A stretch of DNA of 58,678 nucleotides, taken from assembly GCA_026387435.1 (NCBI GenBank), contig JAPLLS010000046.1, positions 1 through 58,678 of the forward strand, written 5' to 3'. The notes under the pieces were generated by a model that made no database searches, was not told where the DNA came from, and saw only the letters and a program-made list of their open reading frames with translations. How positions within the stretch are numbered: the stretch's first letter is position 1; the number at the start of each line of letters is the position of its first letter. This stretch comes from Candidatus Omnitrophota bacterium. GTDB taxonomy: Bacteria; Omnitrophota; Gorgyraeia; Gygaellales; Profunditerraquicolaceae. Both the position numbers and the translations under genes were made by a program. Shown here one piece after another: positions 48,096 to 57,201 of the stretch.

Positions 48096-49630
48096 TGAAA
48101 ACTTTGGGGATATATTTCGGGCCCAAGTCCATTAGCCTGGTAGAAACCGAGGGGCAGAAGGTCACGAATAATGTTTTGATCCCCTTGCAGCGGCTTACAG
48201 GGACAGCCGTAGAGGAAAAGATCCCCGAAGAGATCAAGATCGCCGCCGCGATAAAGGATGAATTAAGGAAGAATAATATTGAAGCCAAAGAAGCGGGATT
48301 GGTCCTTTTGGGCAGGGATTTGATCATTCGTACCTTTCATATGCCTGTTTTGGCCGCCAATGAACTTTATACCGCGGTCCGCTTTGAGGCCAAGAAGTAT
48401 ATACCTTTTAAGGTTGAAGAGTTAGTTTACGATTTTCAGGTTTCTTTAGATAAAGCTAACCGGAAAAACCTGGTTTTATTCGTAGGGGTCAAAAAAGACA
48501 ATCTGGAGAAGTATATTTCGATTTTTAATCAGGTGGGCCTAAGGGTAAACTCCATTGAATATTCCGGTTTTGGGGTTTTGAGGCTGCTGCAAATGGCTAA
48601 GATCAAAGAAAAAGGGATCATCGCGGTAGTGGATATTGATCTTGCCGAAGAAGACGAAGTTAATTTTATCGTCCTGGAAAACGGCATGCCGTTGTTCAGC
48701 CGGGATATAATCCTTTCCGGAGACTCCGCCAGCGCCATGGATGGCGGGGTGCCGGTAAAATTAGATTTTGCTCAAAGCCTGGACAAGCTTAAAGTCGAAT
48801 TGCGGATTTCCCTGGATTTCTATCTGCGTAAGTTCCCAACCAAAAATATAAATAGTATCGTGGTCATCGCTCCCGATGATTGCCGCCAGGAGCTGGAATC
48901 GTTCGTCCGGGAGCGGGGGATAGCCATAAAATTCGCCGATGCCCGGAAGTTGGTGGACCGTCCGATGGCTTTTTCTCTGGGGTTTTTCAAAGCTTATGCG
49001 GTAAATTTGAAGAAAATAATCAAGAGCAATATCAATATCGATCTACTGCCTGCCAAGATCAAGGCCAAGGGGCAGGATCGTTCAGGCTCAGGTCTCGGGT
49101 CAGCTTTATTCGGTTTTAAGTTCGACATCAGGTTTATTTTGCTGGCCATCGCCATAATCGGCATTCCCTTCGGACTTAATTACTACCGGGTGCAGCCGGT
49201 GCAGTCGGCATTAAACTCGGTTAAAAGCAGCCGTCCGCAGGTCCGGTCAATAAAATCCGAACTTAATCTGGATGAACTAAAGGCTGTAGATGCCAAATAT
49301 AAGGAAAGTATCAAAGCCATAGCCGAAGTTCTAAAGAAAAGGATGTTTATTACCGGACAGTTGGACAGCATCCCCAGGATTATTGCCGATGGGCTTTGGT
49401 TGCGGGATTTCAATTTCAAGAAAAGCGATAGTGATTTTATTATGACCATCCGCGGTTCGTGTTATCAGGAGGATGCCGATAAGGAGAGGGAAACGGTTAC
49501 CAAATTCAAAAATGACCTTAAGGGAAACCCTAATTTCAGCAAATTTAGCGCAATAGATTGTACTTCTATGGAACGAGGGCAATTGGGCAAGGTTTCTTTA
49601 ACCAATTTTGTAATTGAATGCAGGAGCTGA
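48095..49630 (+). CDS. PilM-PilN fusion-like pilus assembly protein
   Basis: Actin-like N-terminus (EAKKYIPF), INIDLLP, TM, then PilN-like IPRIIADGLWLRDF. Confidence 0.75.
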   Translation: MKTLGIYFGPKSISLVETEGQKVTNNVLIPLQRLTGTAVEEKIPEEIKIAAAIKDELRKNNIEAKEAGLVLLGRDLIIRTFHMPVLAANELYTAVRFEAKKYIPFKVEELVYDFQVSLDKANRKNLVLFVGVKKDNLEKYISIFNQVGLRVNSIEYSGFGVLRLLQMAKIKEKGIIAVVDIDLAEEDEVNFIVLENGMPLFSRDIILSGDSASAMDGGVPVKLDFAQSLDKLKVELRISLDFYLRKFPTKNINSIVVIAPDDCRQELESFVRERGIAIKFADARKLVDRPMAFSLGFFKAYAVNLKKIIKSNINIDLLPAKIKAKGQDRSGSGLGSALFGFKFDIRFILLAIAIIGIPFGLNYYRVQPVQSALNSVKSSRPQVRSIKSELNLDELKAVDAKYKESIKAIAEVLKKRMFITGQLDSIPRIIADGLWLRDFNFKKSDSDFIMTIRGSCYQEDADKERETVTKFKNDLKGNPNFSKFSAIDCTSMERGQLGKVSLTNFVIECRS

Positions 49631-49634
49631 AAAA

Positions 49635-50150
49635 GTGGATAATGCCGGTTTAACAGCTAAAATAAAAGAAAACGCGATTACCGTGCTTGTTCTAGTAATT
49701 GCGGTAATAATCGCTTTTAAAGTTTACCAGAGCAAGGAAATTGAAATTCAGAAGCTCAATACCCGGAAAGCGGAGGAAGAACAAAAAAACGCTGTCCTGG
49801 GAGAGATCGGCGGCCTGGAAAATAAACTGGAGAATTTGAAGAAGAATTTCACTGCTAAAGAGCCGAAAACCGGAATGGAAAAAATCGGGGATATCGCCAA
49901 GTCCGCCTCGGTGCAGATCGTCAGGATAAACCCTTTAAAAGAAACTGTTTCCAACGTATATACCAAGTACCCTTATGAGGTGATCTTATCGGCAAAAGAT
50001 TACCATCAGGTAGGCAAGTTCATAAGCTTGCTGGAAAATTCCCCGGATAGTTATTTAGTAGAGAATCTGGTGATAAACAGCAATGCTGCCGGCGGCACGG
50101 TTTCGATCAGTGCATCGCTTACAGTTTACACTATCATAATCAATAAATGA
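49635..50150 (+). CDS. pilO: PilO-like protein
   Basis: TM, coiled coil, YHQVGKFISLLE; GTG start after AGGAG. Confidence 0.75.
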   Translation: MDNAGLTAKIKENAITVLVLVIAVIIAFKVYQSKEIEIQKLNTRKAEEEQKNAVLGEIGGLENKLENLKKNFTAKEPKTGMEKIGDIAKSASVQIVRINPLKETVSNVYTKYPYEVILSAKDYHQVGKFISLLENSPDSYLVENLVINSNAAGGTVSISASLTVYTIIINK

Positions 50151-50638
50151 GCGGGATGACGAGCAGGATAAAAATTAAAGCTGATATCAATCTCTTGACT
50201 GTACTGGGGATGTTCATATTCTTTTTGACCGGGGCGTTCGCCCAAGGGCAACCTCAGGTAAATGCCGATGTCGAGGGTATTGTTCTTAAACCCGGAGTAT
50301 CTTATACGGCCGAGAATTTGCGGGATCCTTTTACCAATCCGGTTCTGACCGAGACATCGCCCGATACCGGAGATTCGAATACTAATATTCCGGAAGTTCA
50401 TCTTCCGGCCATGAAAGTACAGGGGATTTTCTGGGGAGGGAAGTTCCCTCAGGCAATAATCAATGACAAAGTCGTTAAAGTTAACGAGAAAATAGATAAC
50501 GTCCAGATACTCGAAATAACAAAAGATTCGGTCACGGTATTCTTCGGCAACAAGCAATTTGTTCTAACTTCGCCCGCGTTCGATAATTTAGAGGCTTCTT
50601 CTAATAAAAAAGATGCTAAAAAAGGAGGAAATCAATGA
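50147..50638 (+). CDS. PilP/GspC-like protein
   Basis: RDPF, VQGIFWG..QAIIND; lies between pilO and the secretin. Confidence 0.65.
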   Translation: MSGMTSRIKIKADINLLTVLGMFIFFLTGAFAQGQPQVNADVEGIVLKPGVSYTAENLRDPFTNPVLTETSPDTGDSNTNIPEVHLPAMKVQGIFWGGKFPQAIINDKVVKVNEKIDNVQILEITKDSVTVFFGNKQFVLTSPAFDNLEASSNKKDAKKGGNQ

Positions 50639-52218
50639 GGAACAATTTAAGATTATCCGGTTTTTTTATGGTCTTCTTTCTTTCTATTTTGATCCCCAGG
50701 CTTAATGCCGAAACAGGATTGTCGTCTATTCTTGATTCCGACAAGACTGTCTCCATGGATCTGCAGGATGCCAACCTCAAGGACGTATTGAAAATATTCT
50801 CGATACAATCGGGCTTGAATTTTATATCCTCGGATGCGGTAAAGGACCGTAAAATCACCCTCTACCTGGAAAATGTCCCGATACAAATGGCCATGGAGAA
50901 GATCTTCTCGGCGAATAAACTGAATTACGATTACGATGAAGCTGCGGGAATTTTTACCATAAATTACGCCGACGACCCCGCCAACCCGGATATGTTGACC
51001 AAGATATATCAGCTGAAATACCGCAGTGTTTCCAGCGCAAATCTGGAGAAGGAGAAAGTTAATTTGTTCTCCGGGGCGTCAGTTACCTCCGGGGGCACCA
51101 CTACTGGCACTGTAGGCGCTACTTCTTCTACCTCAGCATCAACCACATCCAGCCTTTTGGAAACACTTAAGCAGCTTTCAAGCAAAACCGGAAAGATCGC
51201 CGAAGACAGCAAGACCAACAGTATAATCATCACCGATGTCGCCAGCAAGTTTCCTTTATTTGATGAGATCATTTCCCGGCTGGACGTTCCCCAGCCGCAG
51301 GTAATGCTGGAAGTCGAGATGCTCGACGTCAGCAAGGACGTCGTGGATAAAATGGGGTTCAATGTCGGCTCATCCACTTCTCCCAGCCCGTTTACCATGA
51401 TCTTGGGTTCAAGTACGAGAAATAGCACGGCGTTTATCGGAGATTTGGCTTTGAGATCAGCTAGTATCGACACCGCTAATGTCGCCGGCAATGTGGTTAT
51501 GGGCCATACTTTAGCCATGGTCCTGGATTATTTGAATGAGCAGGCTGATACCAAATATTTGGCCAGGCCCAGGATCCTTACTTTGAATAATGAGACGGCT
51601 GAAATCGGTATCACCAAAGATGAGATCGTAAGCTCGTCACAAACTGTCGAAACCCAGCCTAGCGGTCTGTTTACAACGTCAACTACATACACCAGGGCCA
51701 CGGAATTAAAACTGACTCCGGAAGGTATCGGTATTTTCCTGAGGGTTACTCCGCAGATCAATATAGATACCGGAGAGATCAACCTGGTAATTAACCCCAA
51801 GACCAGTTCTACCGTCAAAAGCCCGGTTATTAATTCCGCAACTGAGTCCGCTTATGACCCCGAGGTCAGGTCCACTAAATCCATCATCAAGGTCTTTGAC
51901 GGAGAAACCGTAGTCCTGGGCGGACTTATTCACCAGGAAAAGCAGGAGACCGACACTAAACTGCCGCTCTTAGGAGATATTCCGGTGCTGGGCGCTTTGT
52001 TCAGGCATAAAAATGTCGAAAAGAACCTGGAAAGGGAGTTACTGGTTTTTATTACCCCGCGGATCATGAAAGAAAGGGGCTTGAAAGTCGCCCAGAACGG
52101 CAAACCAGTGGTTACTGATTTAGCTTATTCCGCTGGGCAGCCGATGACTACTTCCGAGCGCAAGCAGGCGATTATCGACATGCTCGATACTTTTGAAAGG
52201 GAAAGAAACAAACGCTAA
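50635..52218 (+). CDS. Secretin (PilQ/GspD family)
   Basis: STN/N domains, QVMLEVEM, PRILTLNN, GETVVLGGL, PLLGDIPVLGALF, ITPRI motifs. Confidence 0.93.
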   Translation: MRNNLRLSGFFMVFFLSILIPRLNAETGLSSILDSDKTVSMDLQDANLKDVLKIFSIQSGLNFISSDAVKDRKITLYLENVPIQMAMEKIFSANKLNYDYDEAAGIFTINYADDPANPDMLTKIYQLKYRSVSSANLEKEKVNLFSGASVTSGGTTTGTVGATSSTSASTTSSLLETLKQLSSKTGKIAEDSKTNSIIITDVASKFPLFDEIISRLDVPQPQVMLEVEMLDVSKDVVDKMGFNVGSSTSPSPFTMILGSSTRNSTAFIGDLALRSASIDTANVAGNVVMGHTLAMVLDYLNEQADTKYLARPRILTLNNETAEIGITKDEIVSSSQTVETQPSGLFTTSTTYTRATELKLTPEGIGIFLRVTPQINIDTGEINLVINPKTSSTVKSPVINSATESAYDPEVRSTKSIIKVFDGETVVLGGLIHQEKQETDTKLPLLGDIPVLGALFRHKNVEKNLERELLVFITPRIMKERGLKVAQNGKPVVTDLAYSAGQPMTTSERKQAIIDMLDTFERERNKR

Positions 52219-53936
52219 TGGCTAAAGAAAAGTATCTTAAGTTGGGCGAGCTTTTGATCAAGGAAGGATTGCTTAGCCAAGCTGACCTTGATAAAGCGAT
52301 AAGCGCGCAAAGGCAGGACGGGGGACGTTTAGGCGAAATAATCGTCAAGTTGGGGATAACTCAGGAAGAAGAGATAATCCGCGTCCTCGGTAAGCAGCTG
52401 GGTATACCTTATTTTACCCTGGGGACCGGCATGCTTAAGCCGACTATGGGCCAGAAGCTGGAGAATTTCATTCCCCACGAATACGCGATGAAGAATTATG
52501 TTTTGCCTCTGTCGCATACTTTAAAATCCATAACCGTGGCCATGTCGGATCCGCTGGATTTGCTTCTACTTGATAACCTGAGAAAATTGACCGGTTGTGA
52601 GATCAACCCGGTGATCGCCACCAAAGGCGATATCCTCAAGGCCGTCGATGATTTCTACGGCAAAGCTACGATGCTCAAGGACGCGGTCAGCGCTTCTTAT
52701 GAGGAAACCGGAGCGCACAATATAGATGCATCGGAGACCATAGAATCCGAGTTAAGCCTGGATAAGCTCATAGCCCGGGCGGAAGAAGCTCCGGTGGTAA
52801 AGCTTGTGGATTTGATCATCAGGCAGGCGATCAACGAACGGGCATCGGATATTCATATTGAGCCGTTTAAAGACCGGATGAGCCTGAGGTACCGTATTGA
52901 CGGCAAGCTCTATGAAATTCCGCCTCCGGCAAAACATCTGCACCTGGCGATCATTTCCCGCGTTAAGATCCTGGCCAAGCTGGATATCGCCGAAAAACGG
53001 CTTCCCCAGGACGGGGCTATTTTGGTCAAGATCGACGAGCGGCCGATCGACTTGAGAGTTTCCACAGTCCCTACTATCTACGGGGAAAAAGTGGTTTTAA
53101 GAATTTTGGATAAAGGGGCGGTGGTGCTTGATCTGGGTCAGCTGGGTTTTGACGCTAAACAGCTGGAGCAATTACGCAGAGCGATGAGCTCTTCTTACGG
53201 CTTGATATTATTGACCGGCCCCACGGGAAGCGGAAAGACTACTACCCTTTACGCGATGTTAAGCGAGTTGAAAGATGCCACCAGGAATATCGTGACCATA
53301 GAAGATCCGGTGGAATACAAGATGGACGGTATCAATCAGGTCCAGGTAAAACCGGAGATCGGGCTGACTTTTGCCGGAGCATTACGGAGTTTTTTAAGGC
53401 AGGACCCGGATATACTGCTGGTGGGTGAGGTCAGAGATATGGAGACAGCGGAGATCTGTATCCGGTCGGCTTTGACCGGCCATATGGTCTTAAGCACGCT
53501 GCATACTAACGACGCGCCGTCGGCTATAAACCGGCTTATGGATATCGGGATCGAACCGTATTTGATCACTCCGTCTTTATTGTGCGTGGTCGGCCAGAGG
53601 TTGATCCGCAAGCTTTGCCCGGATTGCAAAGAAGCTTACGAGCCGACAACCAAACAGGTGGCTGATTATAAGATCAAAGCGGATTTGATATATAAGCCTA
53701 AAGGCTGCCCGAAATGCAATCATTTGGGTTATAAAGGAAGAATGAGTATCGCCGAGGTTATGATGGTCAATCTGGAGATCAGGGAAATGATCTCCAAGAG
53801 GGCCACGTTCCAGGAGATCCGGGATGTGGCCAGGAAAACCGGAATGCAGTCTTTGTCTGATTCAGCGATGAAAAAAGTCGAATTGGGTTTGACTTCGCTT
53901 GAAGAAGCGATCGCCGTCACTTTGGGGGTGGATTAA
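52218..53936 (+). CDS. pilB: PilB/GspE assembly ATPase
   Basis: LGELL MshEN-like N-terminus, ASDIHIEP, GPTGSGKTTT, RQDPD, tetracysteine motif. Confidence 0.93.
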   Translation: MAKEKYLKLGELLIKEGLLSQADLDKAISAQRQDGGRLGEIIVKLGITQEEEIIRVLGKQLGIPYFTLGTGMLKPTMGQKLENFIPHEYAMKNYVLPLSHTLKSITVAMSDPLDLLLLDNLRKLTGCEINPVIATKGDILKAVDDFYGKATMLKDAVSASYEETGAHNIDASETIESELSLDKLIARAEEAPVVKLVDLIIRQAINERASDIHIEPFKDRMSLRYRIDGKLYEIPPPAKHLHLAIISRVKILAKLDIAEKRLPQDGAILVKIDERPIDLRVSTVPTIYGEKVVLRILDKGAVVLDLGQLGFDAKQLEQLRRAMSSSYGLILLTGPTGSGKTTTLYAMLSELKDATRNIVTIEDPVEYKMDGINQVQVKPEIGLTFAGALRSFLRQDPDILLVGEVRDMETAEICIRSALTGHMVLSTLHTNDAPSAINRLMDIGIEPYLITPSLLCVVGQRLIRKLCPDCKEAYEPTTKQVADYKIKADLIYKPKGCPKCNHLGYKGRMSIAEVMMVNLEIREMISKRATFQEIRDVARKTGMQSLSDSAMKKVELGLTSLEEAIAVTLGVD

Positions 53937-55183
53937 TGGGAAAATTTAATTATGTAGCCAGGGATGGTTCCGGCAAAAGGGTAACCGGTGCTCTTGAAGG
54001 GCCAAATGAAGAAGAGGTGATCAATCGTCTCCAGGCAATGAATTTACTGGTCGTGGAAATTTACGCCGAAGGCATTAGTCAGGGAGCGGCTTTAACTTCA
54101 GAAATGAGCGTGAAAGTCGCCGGCCGGGGGAAAAGGCATTACGGGATCCAGAGTAATGACCTGGTGATTTTTTGCCGGCAGCTGGCGACTTTGCTGGGCG
54201 CGGGGGTCACGATCTTAAGAAGTTTGGATACGATCTCCAAGCAGGTGGCCAGCCAAAAGCTTTATTTGGTTATCGCCAACTTGAAGAAGAATATGGAACA
54301 GGGTTTGAGTTTTCACGAGGCCCTGGCTAAAGAGCCGGCCGTTTTCTCGGACCTCTGGGTCAATTTGGTGGAATCCGGCGAGGCTTCGGGAAACCTGGCC
54401 ATAATCCTGGACCGCCTGGCGGTTTATCTGGAAAGAAACGCGGAATTTACCAGAAAACTGATTTCCAGTTTGATCTATCCTTTTATACTTTTGGGCGCTT
54501 CGGTAGTAGCGCTATTATTTTTGACGATCAAGATCGTCCCGACTTTCGCGGAGGTATTTAAAAGCTTCAATATAACTCTTCCTTTACCGACTTTGGTCCT
54601 TCTTGCAGTAAGTAATTTTATCCGAAAAACCATCATCTTTATGGCTATCGGCGCAGTCATCCTTTATTTTTTGTTTATGAACTATATCAAGACCAAAGAC
54701 GGCCGGAGGAATTTTGAGAAGTTTCTGTTTAGTTTGCCTTTGTTCGGCGAGTTCTTCCGGGCTTTGGCGATTGAGCGTTTCTCTTCGGAGATGTCAACTC
54801 TGGTTGAATCCGGGGTGCCTATTTTGTATTCACTGGAAATTTCCGAAAACAGCGTAGGCTCTGTCGTGATCGGGGAGATAATCCGCTCGATCAAGGAAGA
54901 CGTGCGCGCGGGAAAACCATTAAGCCAGCCTTTGGAAAGAAGCGGTTTTTTTGAGCCGATGGTTGTGCAGATGGTCCATATCGGAGAAGAGATTGGGGAA
55001 TTATCCCAGATGTTCAAAAGGATCAACGTTTTCTACCAGAACTACGTGGAAACTTTTCTGGGCCGGTTTCTGGCTTTGTTCGAGCCGATGATCCTGATCT
55101 TCATGGGCCTGGTGATCGGCATGATGGTTATCGGGATGTTCTTGCCGATCTTTAAGATCAGCCAGATCGGCAGCCAGGGGTAA
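53936..55183 (+). CDS. pilC: PilC/GspF inner-membrane platform protein
   Basis: FCRQLATLLGAG, GEASGNL, GEEIGEL, EP motifs. Confidence 0.93.
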   Translation: MGKFNYVARDGSGKRVTGALEGPNEEEVINRLQAMNLLVVEIYAEGISQGAALTSEMSVKVAGRGKRHYGIQSNDLVIFCRQLATLLGAGVTILRSLDTISKQVASQKLYLVIANLKKNMEQGLSFHEALAKEPAVFSDLWVNLVESGEASGNLAIILDRLAVYLERNAEFTRKLISSLIYPFILLGASVVALLFLTIKIVPTFAEVFKSFNITLPLPTLVLLAVSNFIRKTIIFMAIGAVILYFLFMNYIKTKDGRRNFEKFLFSLPLFGEFFRALAIERFSSEMSTLVESGVPILYSLEISENSVGSVVIGEIIRSIKEDVRAGKPLSQPLERSGFFEPMVVQMVHIGEEIGELSQMFKRINVFYQNYVETFLGRFLALFEPMILIFMGLVIGMMVIGMFLPIFKISQIGSQG

Positions 55184-55203
55184 TACGAGTAAAGAGTAAA
55201 ATA

Positions 55204-55231
55204 TTGACAACAGCTAGGGGGATGGTATAAT
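55204..55231 (+). promoter_or_regulatory. Strong sigma70-type promoter for the pilin genes
   Basis: TTGACA-16-TATAAT with TG extension. Confidence 0.8.
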
Positions 55232-55273
55232 AAACTAGTTGTTCAAAAAAAGCGGTTAATGAGAGGAGGAAAC

Positions 55274-55705
55274 ATGAAAAAAGGGTTTACGTTGTTGGAA
55301 CTGTTAATTGTTATCATAATCGTCGGTGTCATGGCTACTTTGGGGTTGACCCAGTATACGGCGGTAGTGGAAAGATCCAGGGGCGCTGAAGCCAGGCAGA
55401 TCTTAGGGCAGCTGCGAAGTGTTTGCGCTGCGTTATACATGGATGGGAATAATGTTTCTATGTGCACCGACGGGAACCTGGGATTAGGCAACGCAGCCGG
55501 GCAAATTCCTAATACGCTATGTAATCAGTCGCATTTCTTTAGGTACATTCAGACAGCCGTTACCCAACCTGATCAAATTTCTTTTCAAGCTCTAAGATGT
55601 ACCGCTGACGGTAAATCCCCGCAACACACCGGGGGAGGAACTGTTACTTTAGTCGTTGATTATGGCGCTGGAACCGCGACTTGGAACAGCCCTAACGGGT
55701 ATTAA
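55274..55705 (+). CDS. Type IV pilin (probable major pilin)
   Basis: KKG|FTLLE leader; own promoter and strong RBS (AGGAGG). Confidence 0.9.
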   Translation: MKKGFTLLELLIVIIIVGVMATLGLTQYTAVVERSRGAEARQILGQLRSVCAALYMDGNNVSMCTDGNLGLGNAAGQIPNTLCNQSHFFRYIQTAVTQPDQISFQALRCTADGKSPQHTGGGTVTLVVDYGAGTATWNSPNGY

Positions 55706-55718
55706 GAGATAGGAATCC

Positions 55719-56117
55719 ATGCGAAAAAGCTTTAAGGGGTTTACTCTCCTGGAAGTGATTATAGTTACGATAATCATAGGTATCCTGGCTGTTTTAGGGC
55801 TCGCGAGTTTTGCGGGCCCTAAAGAACAGGCCGCCGAGAGGGAAGCCCAGGCTAATGTGAAACTTGTTTCTTCCGCGGAGAAGATTTACCGGATGGAAAT
55901 CGGGGAATACATTGGCTGCACTAACACGGGCGAGGTCAACGGTTTTTTAAAGTTGATGCTGCCGGTCAGCGATACCAACTGGAAATACTCGGTTAAGACC
56001 GCAAGCCTTAATACTACTTTCATTGCCAAGGCCCAGCGCACCAGCGGACCGAAAAGCGGTATCACGGCATACTGTATCGACGAAACCCAGGATAATGCGA
56101 GCATTTGCGCCTGGTAA
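55719..56117 (+). CDS. Type IV pilin-like protein (PilE-like)
   Basis: KG|FTLLE leader, FIAKAQR, C-terminal cysteines. Confidence 0.88.
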   Translation: MRKSFKGFTLLEVIIVTIIIGILAVLGLASFAGPKEQAAEREAQANVKLVSSAEKIYRMEIGEYIGCTNTGEVNGFLKLMLPVSDTNWKYSVKTASLNTTFIAKAQRTSGPKSGITAYCIDETQDNASICAW

Positions 56118-56151
56118 GTCGGAATAGATTTTTCGGAAAAAAGGATCGAAA

Positions 56152-56520
56152 ATGAGCAAAACAAAACATTCTTCGGGAATCAGCATGTTGGAAATAATTA
56201 TATCGATGATGATTTTGGCTTTGGTGCTGGTCGGCCTGATCAACGTGTTTGTGGTCAGCAGAGGCTACATGGCTCACAGCCGTTCCCGGACATCAGCCGG
56301 CCAATTAGCTACGGTTTTCATGGATCCCTTGCAGAATGAGGTTAACCAGAGTAGTTGGGATACTCCCGGTAATCTGCTTAATGCAAGTAACAGGGCCGGC
56401 TCACCAGTTGTTATCGACGGAGTAACTTATACCCCGACCTATGAGATAACCAATGAAACTACGGGGGGATCCACCTTGAGACGGGTTAGAGTCAATATTA
56501 CCTGGAATGAAACCAAATAA
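56152..56520 (+). CDS. Minor pilin (PilV/GspI-like)
   Basis: SG|ISMLE leader, LRRVRVNITW C-terminus. Confidence 0.8.
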   Translation: MSKTKHSSGISMLEIIISMMILALVLVGLINVFVVSRGYMAHSRSRTSAGQLATVFMDPLQNEVNQSSWDTPGNLLNASNRAGSPVVIDGVTYTPTYEITNETTGGSTLRRVRVNITWNETK

Positions 56521-57106
56521 TAATAGAGCGATAACGCTTATTGAACTGATCATCAGTGTTGTTCTTTTGGGAATGGTTATGCTGGGGTTTTACGGAATTG
56601 ACATGTTCAGCCGCCAGCAGTTTTTAGCCGCCGACAAAAGGTCTAAGGTGCAGAATGAGGCTAATTATGCCCTTAGCCATATGAGCAAGCATCTTTTGGC
56701 GGCGATCGGTGATTTTGATAATCCCGCGGTGATTATTACTTCTTCCGGCGCAAATAATGCTAAAATTGTCGCAACAATCGATTCCGTCGCTGATGGGGTG
56801 AGGAATACAAGCAGCGGCAGCGATTGTAATATCGGTTACTGTTTTAATGATGCCGGCTGTAACGCGGCCGCCCAAGCCTACACGATCCTTTTTAATTCCA
56901 ACATTTCTTCTTCTTCTCCGCCTGCTGCCGAAGTTATTGCCAGGCATGTCCGGTCTTTTAACGTTACCCAGAACGGAAACTACCTTACTATGCATATTAT
57001 TACCTGCTGGCAGCCTTCGGGAACCCCCAAAGCCTGCGGAACGCTCGACAATCCCGCCATGAACTTGACCAATATCATAAAAATGCCTTCTGTTTCAGCT
57101 CAATAG
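56507..57106 (+). CDS. Minor pilin (PilW/GspJ-like)
   Basis: RA|ITLIE leader and hydrophobic helix. Confidence 0.78.
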   Translation: MKPNNNRAITLIELIISVVLLGMVMLGFYGIDMFSRQQFLAADKRSKVQNEANYALSHMSKHLLAAIGDFDNPAVIITSSGANNAKIVATIDSVADGVRNTSSGSDCNIGYCFNDAGCNAAAQAYTILFNSNISSSSPPAAEVIARHVRSFNVTQNGNYLTMHIITCWQPSGTPKACGTLDNPAMNLTNIIKMPSVSAQ

Positions 57107-57140
57107 GGTTTATCCGACGAGAATACTGAATAATTTAAAT

Positions 57141-57168
57141 TTGCCAAAACCTGAATTAATGTTATAAT
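57141..57168 (+). promoter_or_regulatory. Sigma70-type promoter for the OST gene
   Basis: TTGCCA-16-TATAAT with TG extension. Confidence 0.65.
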
Positions 57169-57201
57169 AATTTCAATTAACTTCAATCCGGAGAATATGA
57201 A

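Noticed and set aside
51070-51155. Ser/Thr/Gly-rich stretch in the secretin as a DNA repeat
   Set aside because: It is protein-level low complexity typical of secretin N3 loops, with no DNA periodicity.
35-57062. Numerous minus-strand and alternate-frame ORFs (e.g. 8585-9244, 44084-44758, 4179-4772)
   Set aside because: They overlap well-supported + strand genes and show no recognisable motifs.
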